Below are positions 8,744 through 18,313 of a stretch of 24,000 nt of DNA, in pieces. This DNA is from Kineosporia aurantiaca JCM 3230 (GTDB lineage: Bacteria; Actinomycetota; Actinomycetes; Actinomycetales; Kineosporiaceae). Location of the stretch: contig JODP01000006.1 in NCBI GenBank assembly GCA_000719025.1, positions 984,430 to 1,008,429 on the forward strand, given 5' to 3'. Below the pieces are notes generated by a model that made no database searches, was not told the DNA's origin, and saw only the letters and a list, made by a program, of their open reading frames with translations. Each line of letters begins with the position of its first letter. The stretch's first letter is position 1. A program made the translations under genes and the position numbers.

Positions 8744-10285
8744 ATGCCCGAGCCGAGCGAGGGTGGTGCGGTCCCGGCGGTCGAACTGACCGGGATCACC
8801 AAACGGTTCCCCGGCGTCGTGGCCAACCACGACGTCAATCTCCGGGTCCTGCCCGGCACGGTGCACGCCGTGGTCGGGGAGAACGGCGCGGGCAAGTCCA
8901 CGCTGATGAAGACCCTGTACGGCATGCACAAGCCGGACGAGGGCACGATCGCGATCAACGGCGAGCAGGTGGTCCTGCACAGCCCGTCGGACGCGATCGC
9001 CCGCGGCGTGGGCATGGTGCACCAGCACTTCATGCTGGCCGACAACCTGACCGTGCTGGAGAACGTGGTGCTCGGGGCCGAGCCCCGGCGCTGGGGCGGG
9101 TTCGGGCTGAATCGCGGGGCCGCTCGGGCAAAGATTCGCGAGATCGGTCAGCAGTACGGCCTCGAGGTCGACCCCGATACGATGGTCGAGCGCCTCGGTG
9201 TGGGCGACCGGCAGCGAGTCGAGATCATCAAGGTGCTTTATCGCGGCGCTCGCATCCTGGTGCTCGACGAGCCCACTGCTGTGCTGGTGCCGCAGGAGGT
9301 GGACGCGCTCTTCGAGGCCCTGAACGTGCTGAAGGGTCAGGGCCTGTCGATCATCTTCATCTCGCACAAGCTCGACGAGGTCCGCGCCGTCGCCGACGAG
9401 ATCACCGTCATGCGGCGCGGCACCACCGTAGCCACCGCCGACCCGAAGACGGTCAGCTCCCGTCAGCTGGCCGAGCTGATGGTCGGAAGCGAACTGCCCT
9501 CGCCCCAGACCAGCGATTCCACGGTCACCGATCGCGCGGTGCTGGAGCTCTCCGGTATCAATCTGCTGGACGACACTCGGCACCTGCTGCGCGACGTGAC
9601 CCTGACCATCCGGGCCGGCGAAGTGCTTGGGCTGGCCGGGGTCGAGGGCAACGGCCAGGCGGAACTGGTCGAGGCAATCATGGGCATGCGGACCGTCGAA
9701 AGTGGCTCGATCCGGCTCGCCGGTGAGGAGATCACCACCTGGAGCACCCGACGCCGTCGGGAGGCCGGTTTCGGCTACATCCCGGAGGACCGCCATCGGC
9801 ACGGTCTTCTCCTTGACGCCCCACTCTGGGAAAACCGCGTCCTCGGTCACCAGACCCGTTCGCCGAACGTCCGTGGACCTCTGATCAACCGATCCGGGGC
9901 GCGGGCGGACACCGAGCGCATCGTTCGCGAGTACGACGTCCGAACGCCCTCAATTGACGTCGTGGCCTCGTCCCTCTCCGGCGGTAACCAGCAGAAGCTG
10001 ATCGTCGGCCGGGAGATGAGCGGAAATCCCAAGCTGCTGATCGCCGCCCACCCGACCCGAGGCGTGGATGTCGGCGCCCAGGCCGCGATCTGGGACCTAC
10101 TGCGCAATGCCCGGGCCGAGGGCTTGGCCGTGCTGCTGATCAGTGCTGACCTTGATGAGCTGATTGGCCTGTCGGACAGCCTGACCGTGATCCTGCGCGG
10201 CGAACTGGTCGCTGAGGTCGACCCCTCGACCGTCACCCCCGAACAACTCGGCTCCGCGATGACGGGTGCCGGTGAGGCCGCGTGA
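8744..10285 (+). CDS. ABC transporter ATP-binding protein with duplicated ATPase domains (sugar/nucleoside importer type)
   Basis: Walker A GENGAGKST, signature-like LGVGDRQRVEI, Walker B ILVLDEPTA. The second domain has LSGGNQQK and LLIAAHPTRGVDVGA. Confidence 0.9.
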   Translation: MPEPSEGGAVPAVELTGITKRFPGVVANHDVNLRVLPGTVHAVVGENGAGKSTLMKTLYGMHKPDEGTIAINGEQVVLHSPSDAIARGVGMVHQHFMLADNLTVLENVVLGAEPRRWGGFGLNRGAARAKIREIGQQYGLEVDPDTMVERLGVGDRQRVEIIKVLYRGARILVLDEPTAVLVPQEVDALFEALNVLKGQGLSIIFISHKLDEVRAVADEITVMRRGTTVATADPKTVSSRQLAELMVGSELPSPQTSDSTVTDRAVLELSGINLLDDTRHLLRDVTLTIRAGEVLGLAGVEGNGQAELVEAIMGMRTVESGSIRLAGEEITTWSTRRRREAGFGYIPEDRHRHGLLLDAPLWENRVLGHQTRSPNVRGPLINRSGARADTERIVREYDVRTPSIDVVASSLSGGNQQKLIVGREMSGNPKLLIAAHPTRGVDVGAQAAIWDLLRNARAEGLAVLLISADLDELIGLSDSLTVILRGELVAEVDPSTVTPEQLGSAMTGAGEAA

Positions 10286-11433
10286 ACAAGATGAATGCGG
10301 ACACCGTCCGTCGGGTCGGCCTGTCCGTGGCCGCTCCCCTGCTCGCCGTCGTCCTCTCGGTACTGATCACCTCGGTCGTGCTCGCCGTGGCCGGGCACGA
10401 CCCGGTAGACACCGTGCAGCAGATGATCGACTACGCCAAGAAGCCGCGAACCCAGGCCTTGATCCTGAACTCGGCGGTTACGTACTACTTCGCGGCGCTG
10501 GCGGTCGCTTTCGGCTTCCGAATGAACCTGTTCAACATCGGGGTGGACGGTCAGTACCGGCTGGCCGCCCTGCTGGCCGCTGCGGTCGGCGGCGCCGTGG
10601 ACCTGCCCCCGGTTCTCGATGTCACCCTGCTCCTGGTGGTCGCCGTACTGGTCGGCGGGCTCTGGGCGGCGGTGGCTGGGCTGCTCAAGGTGTACCGCGG
10701 GATCAGTGAGGTGATCTCGACGATCATGCTTAACTCGATCACCACAGCGCTGATCGCCTACCTGCTCACCACCGACAAACTCGGCGAGCAGGCGCCCGGC
10801 TCCAACAACGTCGGCACTCCCACTATCCCGGCTGCCGGCCGGGTGCCGGGCATCGACCTGATCCCGGACTCCTCGCTTCAGGTCTACGGCTTGATCGTGC
10901 TTGCGGTGGTGGTCGGCTTCCTATTCTGGTTCGTGATGGAGCGCAGCCGGTTCGGCTTCGAATTGCGCGCCACCGGCCGCAACGAAGAGGCGGCGGTGGC
11001 CAGCGGGGTCAACGTCAAGCGGATGGTGCTGATCAGCATGGCCATCTCCGGCGGCCTGGCTGGCTTGGTCGGGATGCCCCAGCTACTCGGTTCCTCGTAC
11101 ACGTACTCCCTGGACTTCCCCGCCGGCCTCGGCTTCACCGGTATCGCGATCGCCCTGCTCGGCCGCAACACCGCGCTCGGCGTGGCAATCGGCTCCCTGC
11201 TGTTCGGCTTCCTCGACAACTCCTCGCAGATCCTCGACTTGCAGGGGGTGCCCAAGGAGATCGTGATGATCACCCAGGGCGTGATCGTTCTGTCCGTGGT
11301 GATCGCCTACGAACTGGTCCGCCGCTACCGGATCGTCGCGCAGCAGCGCGAGGTGGGCCGGCGACTCAGCGAACCGACCGACCCGGCCGGCCCCACCAGC
11401 ACCGACTCAACGCCGCAGGGAGCGCAGGCATGA
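10282..11433 (+). CDS. ABC transporter permease (BPD_transp_2-type)
   Basis: Multi-TM protein with FNIGVDGQ and R..G.NEEAA..SG. motifs. GTG start overlaps the ATPase stop (GTGA 10282-10285). Confidence 0.9.
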   Translation: MNKMNADTVRRVGLSVAAPLLAVVLSVLITSVVLAVAGHDPVDTVQQMIDYAKKPRTQALILNSAVTYYFAALAVAFGFRMNLFNIGVDGQYRLAALLAAAVGGAVDLPPVLDVTLLLVVAVLVGGLWAAVAGLLKVYRGISEVISTIMLNSITTALIAYLLTTDKLGEQAPGSNNVGTPTIPAAGRVPGIDLIPDSSLQVYGLIVLAVVVGFLFWFVMERSRFGFELRATGRNEEAAVASGVNVKRMVLISMAISGGLAGLVGMPQLLGSSYTYSLDFPAGLGFTGIAIALLGRNTALGVAIGSLLFGFLDNSSQILDLQGVPKEIVMITQGVIVLSVVIAYELVRRYRIVAQQREVGRRLSEPTDPAGPTSTDSTPQGAQA

Positions 11434-12686
11434 CCGCCACGCTGGAGACCACTACCCCGCCGCCCGCGGACGGCCCGGTCGTCACCTCGCGCCGGAGCTT
11501 GTCGCCCCGGCTGCCGCTATACCTCCTGGGCGGTCTGGTACTGCTCAGCCTAATCCGGGTGATCGCCGACGCGGACGACCTGACCTCGGCCGGGACCATC
11601 GGGGCGGCCCTCACTCTGGCCGTGCCGATCGGCCTGGCCGGGCTGGGCGGCCTGTGGTCGGAGCGGGCCGGCGTGGTCAACATCGGCCTCGAGGGCATGA
11701 TGATCCTCGGCACCTTCGGGGCCGGCTGGATCGGCTGGCAGCACGGTCCCTGGGCGGGCCTGATCACCGCGATCGCGTTCGGGGTGCTCGGCGGTCTGAT
11801 CCACGCCGTCGCCACCGTCACCTTCGGCGTCGACCACGTGGTCTCGGGCGTCGCGATCAACATCCTCGGCCTCGGCGCCACCCAGTACCTGGCCGGCGAG
11901 TTGCTCACCGGCACCCCGGGCGGCGGCGAGACCCAGTCCCCGCGGATCTCCGCGCTGCCCGAGGTCTCGGTGCCCGGCGTCTCGAGCCTGAAGTCGCTGG
12001 AGAACCACCACTGGTTCCTGATCTCCGATATCGCCGGCATCCTGCGCGGCCTGCTGGTCAACGTCTCGATCCTGACCGTGATCGCGGTTGTGCTGGTGAT
12101 CCTCAGCTATCTGATCCTCTGGCAGACCCCGTTCGGCCTGCGCCTGCGCTCGGTCGGGGAGGACCCGCACGCGGCCGAGTCCCTCGGCGTGAAGGTGCGC
12201 AGCTACAAGTACGCGGCGGTCGCGGTTTCCGGTGGTCTGGCCGGCCTGGCCGGTGGCTTCCTGGCCATTGTCGCCTCCGGCTTCTACCGGGAAGGTCAGA
12301 CCGGCGGCCGTGGTTACATCGGCCTGGCCGCCATGATCTTCGGCAACTGGCGCCCGGGCGGCCTGGTCGCCGGTGCGGGCCTGTTCGGCTACACCGACGC
12401 GATGCAGCTGCGCAACTCCACCGCTGTCCACGCCCTGCTGCTAGTCATCTTCGTCCTGCTACTCTTCGTGGCCGGGCTGAACATCTACCGCCGCAAGTTC
12501 GTCCCGGCCGGGATCGCCGTGGTCGTCGCCGTGCTAGCGCTGATCTGGTACCTGAACACCGACGAACTGCCGGGCCCGATCACCACCATGACGCCGTACG
12601 TCACCACGCTCTTGGTGCTCGCCCTTTCGGCACAGCGCCTGAGAATGCCGAAGGCCGACGGTCTGGTCTACCGCCCAGGAGAATAG
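11430..12686 (+). CDS. ABC transporter permease (second membrane subunit)
   Basis: SERAGVVNIGLEGMM and RSVGEDPHAAESLGV motifs; multi-TM. ATG overlaps the preceding stop (ATGA 11430-11433). Confidence 0.9.
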   Translation: MTATLETTTPPPADGPVVTSRRSLSPRLPLYLLGGLVLLSLIRVIADADDLTSAGTIGAALTLAVPIGLAGLGGLWSERAGVVNIGLEGMMILGTFGAGWIGWQHGPWAGLITAIAFGVLGGLIHAVATVTFGVDHVVSGVAINILGLGATQYLAGELLTGTPGGGETQSPRISALPEVSVPGVSSLKSLENHHWFLISDIAGILRGLLVNVSILTVIAVVLVILSYLILWQTPFGLRLRSVGEDPHAAESLGVKVRSYKYAAVAVSGGLAGLAGGFLAIVASGFYREGQTGGRGYIGLAAMIFGNWRPGGLVAGAGLFGYTDAMQLRNSTAVHALLLVIFVLLLFVAGLNIYRRKFVPAGIAVVVAVLALIWYLNTDELPGPITTMTPYVTTLLVLALSAQRLRMPKADGLVYRPGE

Positions 12687-12691
12687 ACGTG

Positions 12692-13180
12692 ATGTCAGAT
12701 GCCCAGCAGGCCGCGGCCGACGCGGATCCGGAGTTCTACCCGGGCCGGGTGGCGGGCGACGCAAGTCCTGGCGAGATCGACTGGACGGCCCTTCGGGCGG
12801 CCGCCCGCCTGATCATGCAGAAGGCCTACGCCCCCTACTCCGGCTTCCCGGTGGGGGCGGCGGCTCTCGTCGAGGACGGTCGCATCGTCACCGGCTGCAA
12901 TGTTGAGAACGCATCGTACGGCGTCGGTCTCTGCGCCGAGTGCGGCTTGGTCTCCTCGCTCAATGCCACCGGTGGTGGGCGGCTGATCGCCTTCACCTGT
13001 GTGGGGCCGGACGGCGAGTCGCTGATGCCGTGCGGACGCTGCCGTCAATTGTTGTACGAATTCGGCGGCCCGGAACTGCTGGTCGACACTTCGCACGGGG
13101 TCGTAACGATGACGCAGGTGCTGCCAAATGCGTTCGGCCCAGCGGATCTGTCGCGGGCAACGAGGCCGGCGCACCCATAA
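12692..13180 (+). CDS. cdd: Cytidine deaminase
   Basis: C-terminal part of track ORF 11654..13180. AYAPYSGFPVGAA, zinc ligands in GLCAECG and PCGRCRQ. ATG 12692 (or GTG 12689) lies just after the permease stop at 12684-12686. Confidence 0.9.
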   Translation: MSDAQQAAADADPEFYPGRVAGDASPGEIDWTALRAAARLIMQKAYAPYSGFPVGAAALVEDGRIVTGCNVENASYGVGLCAECGLVSSLNATGGGRLIAFTCVGPDGESLMPCGRCRQLLYEFGGPELLVDTSHGVVTMTQVLPNAFGPADLSRATRPAHP

Positions 13181-13625
13181 CGCCCTCGATTCAACTTTTG
13201 ATTCTTCGACAGGTGCTTTACAGGGCGGGCGGGGCTTTCCCGGCGCCAAGGCTTGCAGTGACCATGGCGAAGAATTCGGTGATTCTGGCAAGCCTTAGTC
13301 TTGGCCGACTGGCCCAATCCGCGCGGGGCGAAGCCGTCCGAGCGAGACTTGCTTCGGCTCAGGGCCGTCAGTACGCGATCGCTGAAAAGCTTGGGGCCCT
13401 CCCCACGGTGACTTCAAAGTAATCTTGGGTGTCTGTTCAGGACGAACGGTCGCTAAGCGGACGAAGAGACTCTGGATGCGAGGAGCGCGACCCTAGTCGA
13501 TCATGGAACTGTCTTAGAGACCGTGATCGCAAAGGCTGTGCCCGTGGATCTTCCCAACATCATCCTGCATACTTCGACCAGTCGGGCCCAGGGAAAACTG
13601 GGGTCGCAGTCTGCCGGATGTCACT

Positions 13626-14100
13626 ATGGGTGAGATTAAGAGCGGCGCGTCCGTGCTGTCCGGGAACGCAGACCCGCGCAAGGCCCGCGGCATTCGCCAC
13701 AGTGCCTTCGGCTTGCTGACGGGCGTGATGCTCGCAGTCCTGGCCGGAGGCTGGACCACGGTCGAGATAGCCGAGCGCGCCCGGGACCTCAGCGCCGGCC
13801 AGCGGGAGCAGGTGGGGCTGACATGGGCAACGGCGCCGAGTCTGTCCACGATCCGCAGGTTCCTGCTGGTCCTGGAGCAGGTGGTCCTGCAGGAACCCTC
13901 AACGTGTGGGCGCAGTCGCATGCGGCACAAGATCCGCACCGAAGGCCGCTGATTCTGGAAGAAACTCGAAACGGGCTACTACCTGTGCACTCTCGACCAA
14001 GTCGCTCTCCCCGTCAGCCGGTTCGCCCAAGCCGTACGGGAACACTGGTCCATCGAGTCCTGGCACTGGATCTCGTGTTTTGACAGTCTTGAGGGCGGCG
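13626..14100 (+). pseudogene. ISAs1-family transposase remnant (N-terminal domain fused to a C-terminal stub; large internal deletion and frameshifts)
   Basis: ADPRKARGIRHSAFGLL..AVLAGGWTTVEIAERARDLS...PSLSTIRRFL matches the ISAs1 N-terminal (DDE_Tnp_1_assoc) pattern. At about 13960-14050, another frame reads ETGYYLCTLDQVALPVSRFAQAVREHWSIES, the ISAs1 C-terminal block. The DDE core between the two is missing. Confidence 0.55.
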
Positions 14101-14258
14101 ACAGTGAACGAGATTCGGAATCGGTTAAGGGTTGATACATCGAGTCTGCATCATGGCTTCCGGCCCGGCGACGCGGGTTTGGGTGTGAAGGCGGCGATCA
14201 TCGGGTCAAGCCCATGGAGGTTGTGTAAAGGCCGTGTCGCGTGATTCTTCGTTACTGG

Positions 14259-14426
14259 TCAGGCGGTGATTGCCTGGACATCGGGTGTCCTCCTTCGTGG
14301 GTGGGGTGGCGGTGCGGGCCTGGGCGAGGATTTCGGGCCGAGGTAGCGGCGTCCTTCGATCCATTCGTCGTGTTGCTCGGCCAGGACGGCGCTGGCTAGC
14401 CGGATCAGCGCGGCGCGGTTGGGGAC
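14259..14426 (-). pseudogene. C-terminal stub of a second IS256-family (IS1081-like) transposase
   Basis: Reverse translation PNRAALIRLASAVLAEQHDEWIEGRRYLG is the conserved extreme C-terminus of Mutator/IS256 transposases. Nothing upstream of it survives. Confidence 0.55.
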
Positions 14427-14449
14427 TGTCCAAAACTGATGTAACGCAG

Positions 14450-15757
14450 TCCAGCAGGGGTCATCAACGGTGCTGGGTGTGAGGCGGCCTTCGAAGGTAT
14501 TGGCGAAAGCGTTGAGGGCGAGTTTCCACCTGACTAACCACTTTGCCCGACCTCGCCCGGTGGGGTCCAGGGAACGGGGCACGAGATACAGGCACTTCAT
14601 CGCTGATTGCTCGGTCGGGAAGTGCCCACGGGCGTTCGCTGCCCGCCGGTAGCGGGAGTTGAGGACTCGATCGCGTTGGTCGTGCAGATGATCTACCGGA
14701 TCTCGATGTCGAACTGCAGGAACGGCACGAACTCGGCCCAGGCGCTGCGCCAGAGCTTGATGATGGCCGGGCAACGGTGCCCCCAGGCCTCGTCGAACTC
14801 CTCTAGCCGTTCGGGTGCCGCGGCCTCGGTCGAGGCCGTGTAGACGGGTTTGAGGTCCTTGGCGAGCTTGGCCCAGTGCTGACGCGGTGCATAGCGGAAG
14901 CTGTTGCTCAGCAGATGAACGACAAGCGTCTGGACAAAAGTGTTCGGCCAGACGGTGCTGATGCTGACCGGTAGGCCCTTCAGCCCGTCGCAGACGAGCA
15001 TGAGGACGTCCTCGACGCCCCGGTTCTTGATCTCGGTCAGGACCTGCTGCCAGAACTTGGCTCCTTGGCCGGCCTGGGAGTCCTTGCCGGCCCACAGGCC
15101 CAGGATGTCCCGGTCACCGTTGGTCGTCACGCCGATCGCGACGTAAACGGGCCGGTTGGTGACTTTGCCGTCGCGGATCTTGACCATGATCGCGTCCACG
15201 AACACGACCGGGTAAACGCGGTCCAGGGGCCGGTTCTGCCGTTCGACCATCTCGGCGCTCACGGCATCCGTGATTCTCGGGACCTGGTCTTTCCCAACGC
15301 TGGCGCCGTAGATCTCGGCGAAGTGCGCCGAGATCTCGCCGGTCGTCAAACCCTTCGCCGTCAGCGACAAGACGATCTCATCGACCGAGTCCAGACGTCG
15401 CAGGCACTTCTTCACGATCACCGGCTCGAACGATCCGTCGCGGTCGCGGGGAACAGCCACTTCAACCAGCCCGACGCCGGTCAGGACCGTCTTGGAGCGC
15501 CGGCCGTTGCGCGAGCTGCGCCCATTGCGGCCCTTGGGGCCGTGGGCCTCGCAACCGAGGTGCTCGGCCATCTCCGTCTCGAGCGCGACCTCCAGGATCC
15601 GCTTGGTCACCTGAGCCATCAGCCCGTCCGGGCCGGCCAGATCTGCGCCAGCGGCTTTGGCCTGAGCGACCAGATCCACAGCCGGCCGCTATTGATCCCC
15701 ACCCGTCACGAGCGTCCCGATGATCTCACCCTCATTACCCAAAACATGCTTCTGCAT
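14450..15757 (-). pseudogene. IS256-family (Mutator-type) transposase, inactivated
   Basis: Own translation from ATG (cat 15755-15757): MQKHVLGNEGEIIGTLVTGGDQ*RPAVDLVAQAKAAGADLAGPDGL..., colinear with IS256 transposases (track ORF 14693..15679). There are in-frame TAG codons at 15689-15691 and 14693-15695-type position 14693-14695. A 1-nt deletion near 14661-14664 follows, after which IICTTNAIES continues in another frame as LNSRYRRAANARGHFPTEQSAMKCLYL...FEGRL. Confidence 0.8.
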
Positions 15758-15794
15758 CTTATTATTCGTTGAATCCGGGGCCCCGTCACGGGCT

Positions 15795-16010
15795 CGATGG
15801 CGTCGGACATCCCCTGCTCCTGTCCGCCGAACCTTCATCCGCCCTCACCTGGGCACCGAGGGGCCGGTAGGCGTCCCGGCCACCGTTACGGGCGACCTCC
15901 CGCGAGATGACCGAGGCACCCCGGCCCAGCCGGGCCCCGATCACCCGTCACGTCCGGCCCGCCGCCAGACCCGCCAAGATCTCTTCCCGCTTTTCCTGAC
16001 ACAACTCCAT
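15795..16010 (-). pseudogene. IS30-family transposase N-terminal (HTH) fragment
   Basis: Own reverse translation from cat 16008-16010: MELCQEKREEILAGLAAGRT*RVIGARLGRGASVISREVARNGGRDAYRP. This matches the IS30 HTH region (..ISREIxRNGG..YRA). It has an in-frame TGA (15948-15950) and no catalytic domain; the 3' limit is approximate. Confidence 0.5.
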
Positions 16011-16122
16011 GCCCTGCAAGTACTTCCAGCTCCATCACATCAAGATCACCCAGTCAAAGACCGGCAATCATGCCACGTGATGCACTGAGCTTGTCCGAGT
16101 AACCGCCTCAAACAGAACGTGA

Positions 16123-16944
16123 TCATGTGGTGCGGGCGTGTTCGTGGTGGAGAAGGACCAGGGCGGCGGCGATATGGCCGATGCGCCAGGGGCATCCGCG
16201 CCAGGGGCGCAGGGCTTTGAATGTGGTCTTCAGGATCGAGTTGGCCCGTTCGCCCAGGGCTCGCACAGCGCTGTGGAGACTGTTGTGGGCCTTCCGGTTC
16301 ACGGTCAGACTCGCGCCGGCGGGTTTCTTGAACGGCACGTATAGAACGTTGGTTTCGCCTTCGTAGCCCAGGTCGGCCAGGGCCTTGTGCTCGTCGTCGA
16401 GCCAGGCCCGCAGGTCATCGAGCAGGTGCGGGTCGGTGCGGGCGGCGGTGGTGTCGTGCTCACGGCCCGAGCGCACGTTTGAGGTCCACAACGGCCAGTC
16501 GTCCGGGGCCGAGACGACCTGGATGTTCCCGCCATGGCGCTGGTGCTTGCCCGACCACCACAGGTCCACCCCGGGCGTGGGCCCGCGTGTATGGATCCGG
16601 TCGGTCTCGATCAGGGTGCCGTCCAGGATGACATGCGTGTGACCGGCAGCCCGGGCGGCCAGGAGCCCCCCGCGCGGGCCGGGCCGGCGCTCTGCTAGCA
16701 CCCTGATGGCCTCGTCCCGGTAGGCGTAGGCGGTCGAGTCCGAGATCTTGTTGTCCCTGGCCAGGCGGGACATCCGGGTGTCATCCACCAGCCACCGCAA
16801 CACCAGAACGGCCTGCCGGTACGTTGTCAAAGCCTTTTTGCTCGAACGCGTCTCACGCCGGGCGCGCTCGTTCGCCAGCAGGGCGGACAAGAACGGCACA
16901 AGGTCCTCGGATCCTTCCAGGACCCCTTGATGTGAGACGCTCAT
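16123..16944 (-). CDS. DDE_Tnp_4 (PIF/Harbinger-like, IS5-superfamily) transposase; ORF intact
   Basis: 273-aa ORF. HVILDGTLIETDR, WWSGKHQRHGGNIQVVSAPDDWPLWTSNVRSGREHDTTAAR and ALADLGYEGE form the D-D-E blocks in the usual order and spacing for DDE_Tnp_4. Confidence 0.8.
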   Translation of the reverse strand: MSVSHQGVLEGSEDLVPFLSALLANERARRETRSSKKALTTYRQAVLVLRWLVDDTRMSRLARDNKISDSTAYAYRDEAIRVLAERRPGPRGGLLAARAAGHTHVILDGTLIETDRIHTRGPTPGVDLWWSGKHQRHGGNIQVVSAPDDWPLWTSNVRSGREHDTTAARTDPHLLDDLRAWLDDEHKALADLGYEGETNVLYVPFKKPAGASLTVNRKAHNSLHSAVRALGERANSILKTTFKALRPWRGCPWRIGHIAAALVLLHHEHARTT

Positions 16945-16948
16945 GAAC

Positions 16949-17005
16949 GCGCGGAACCTCTGGGGTGATGACTGTGAGAGGTTTCGTCCTATCGAGGTTC
17001 CGCGC
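16949..17005 (-). promoter_or_regulatory. Perfect 12-bp stem hairpin in the transposase leader
   Basis: gcgcggaacctc (16949-16960) and gaggttccgcgc (16994-17005) are exact reverse complements separated by 33 nt. The proximal arm ends 4 nt from the ATG at 16944 (minus sense: ...GAGGTTCCGCGCGTTCATG). Confidence 0.35.
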
Positions 17006-17159
17006 TCTCGATCTCCCCGCCACGCCGCACCCGCCGCAGAGTCACTGCCCGCTCATCGCCATCACATTCGTAGCTACGCTACGACGCGATCGGGACTGCC
17101 CCCAGCTTGGTTGACTCCTGACTGTCAAGGACTGCGGTCCTTGCTGAGAGGATGTCAAC

Positions 17160-17444
17160 GTGCCCACACCGTTCCCCGAGGAGTTCCGCCGCGACGTGAT
17201 CGCTGTCGCCCGTAAGGGCGATGCCACGATCGAGCAGGTCGCGAAGGACTTCGGCGTCTCCGCATCGACCCTGCACCGCTGGCTGAAGATTGCTGACGAT
17301 CAGGACACCACCCAACCAGGCGGTGCCCAGGGCGACTCCGCGGAGCTCAAGGAACTGCGTAAGCGCAACCGGCTGCTGGAGCAGGAGAACGAGATCCTGC
17401 GGAGAGCAGCGGCCTACCTGGCCAGGGACATCAACCCAAAATGA
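17160..17444 (+). CDS. IS3-family transposase OrfA (HTH plus leucine-zipper)
   Basis: FPEEFRRDVIAVARKGDATIEQVAKDFGVSASTLHRWLK followed by LKELRKRNRLLEQENEILRRAAAYLA; classic IS3/IS911 OrfA. Confidence 0.85.
   Translation: MPTPFPEEFRRDVIAVARKGDATIEQVAKDFGVSASTLHRWLKIADDQDTTQPGGAQGDSAELKELRKRNRLLEQENEILRRAAAYLARDINPK
17435..17441 (+). other. Candidate programmed -1 ribosomal frameshift heptamer C CCA AAA
   Basis: X XXY YYZ heptamer in the orfA frame (CCA 17436-17438, AAA 17439-17441), immediately before the orfA stop TGA 17442-17444. orfB (17441..) is in the -1 frame. Confidence 0.5.
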
Positions 17445-18313
17445 TCTACCCGCTGGTCCGTGAACTGGCCGCCGACAAGGACAATCCGATTCCTGTCGCG
17501 GTGACCTGCCGGGTGCTGGGCTTCTCCAAGCAGACCTACTACAAGTGGCTGAAGAATCCCATCTCACAGCGCGACTGGGACCAGGCGCACCTGATCAACG
17601 CCGCCCTCGACGTCCACCGCGACGACCCGGAGTTCGGCTACCGGTTCATCGCCGACGAACTCAAGGAGGCCGGCTGGAAGGCCAGCCCGAACCGCGTCGC
17701 CAGACTCTGCTCGGCGCAACAAATCTGGTCGGTGTTCTCAAAGAAACGCGGCCTGAATCGCAAGGCCGGCCCGCCCGTTCACGACGATCTCGTGCGACGG
17801 AACTTCACCGCCGATCGACCGGATCAGGTGTGGCTCACGGACATCACCGAACATGCCACGAGCGAAGGCAAGATCTACCTGTGCGCCATCAAGGACGTCT
17901 TCTCCAACCGGATCGTGGGCTACTCCATCGACTCCCGAATGAAGGCCTCACTAGCCGTCAGGGCCCTCAAAAACGCTGTCTCCCTGAGAAAACCGTCCAA
18001 GACAATAGTCCACTCGGACAGGGGAAGTCAGTTTCGTTCCCGGAAGTTCGTCAAGGCGCTCAAGGACGCGGACCTACGTGGATCGATGGGCAGAGTCGGC
18101 GCCTGCGGCGATAACGCAGCCATGGAATCGTTCTTCGCCCTGCTGCAGAAGAACGTCCTGGACCGCCGGATCTGGAAGACCCGCCAAGACCTACGCCTGG
18201 CGATGATCACCTGGATCGAACGGACCTACCACCGCCGACGACGGCAAGCCGCCCTCGGCCGGCTCACCCCGATCGAGTACGAGACCGTTCGCGGTCATAC
18301 ACTGGCTGCCTGA
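17441..18313 (+). CDS. IS3-family transposase OrfB (DDE integrase core)
   Basis: VWLTDITEH (D), HSDRGSQFRS (D), DNAAMESFFALLQKNV (E); rve-type catalytic core. Confidence 0.85.
   Translation: MIYPLVRELAADKDNPIPVAVTCRVLGFSKQTYYKWLKNPISQRDWDQAHLINAALDVHRDDPEFGYRFIADELKEAGWKASPNRVARLCSAQQIWSVFSKKRGLNRKAGPPVHDDLVRRNFTADRPDQVWLTDITEHATSEGKIYLCAIKDVFSNRIVGYSIDSRMKASLAVRALKNAVSLRKPSKTIVHSDRGSQFRSRKFVKALKDADLRGSMGRVGACGDNAAMESFFALLQKNVLDRRIWKTRQDLRLAMITWIERTYHRRRRQAALGRLTPIEYETVRGHTLAA

Noticed and set aside
13186-13250. Possible att-like direct repeat at the island borders: 13186-13250 versus 19968-20024 share gatt..tcga..GGGCGG(G)CGGGGC..tttc..gcc.
   Set aside because: The alignment needs several indels, and the best block is a G/C-rich 13-mer that could recur by chance at this base composition. 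No integrase or tRNA is present. The island looks like piecemeal IS accumulation rather than one integrative element.
13264-13422. 52-codon ORF (MAKNSVILASLSLGRLAQSARGEAVRARLASAQGRQYAIAEKLGALPTVTSK) at the left edge of the island; the ending vaguely resembles a transposase HTH (..IAxxLGxSxxTVxK).
   Set aside because: Too short and too weakly similar to call, with no RBS noticed. It may be another IS scrap, but I cannot support that.
15720-16088. 122-aa plus-strand ORF spanning the IS256/IS30 junction.
   Set aside because: The opposite strand encodes recognisable IS256 and IS30 N-termini, and the plus-strand product is Pro/Arg-rich with no motifs.
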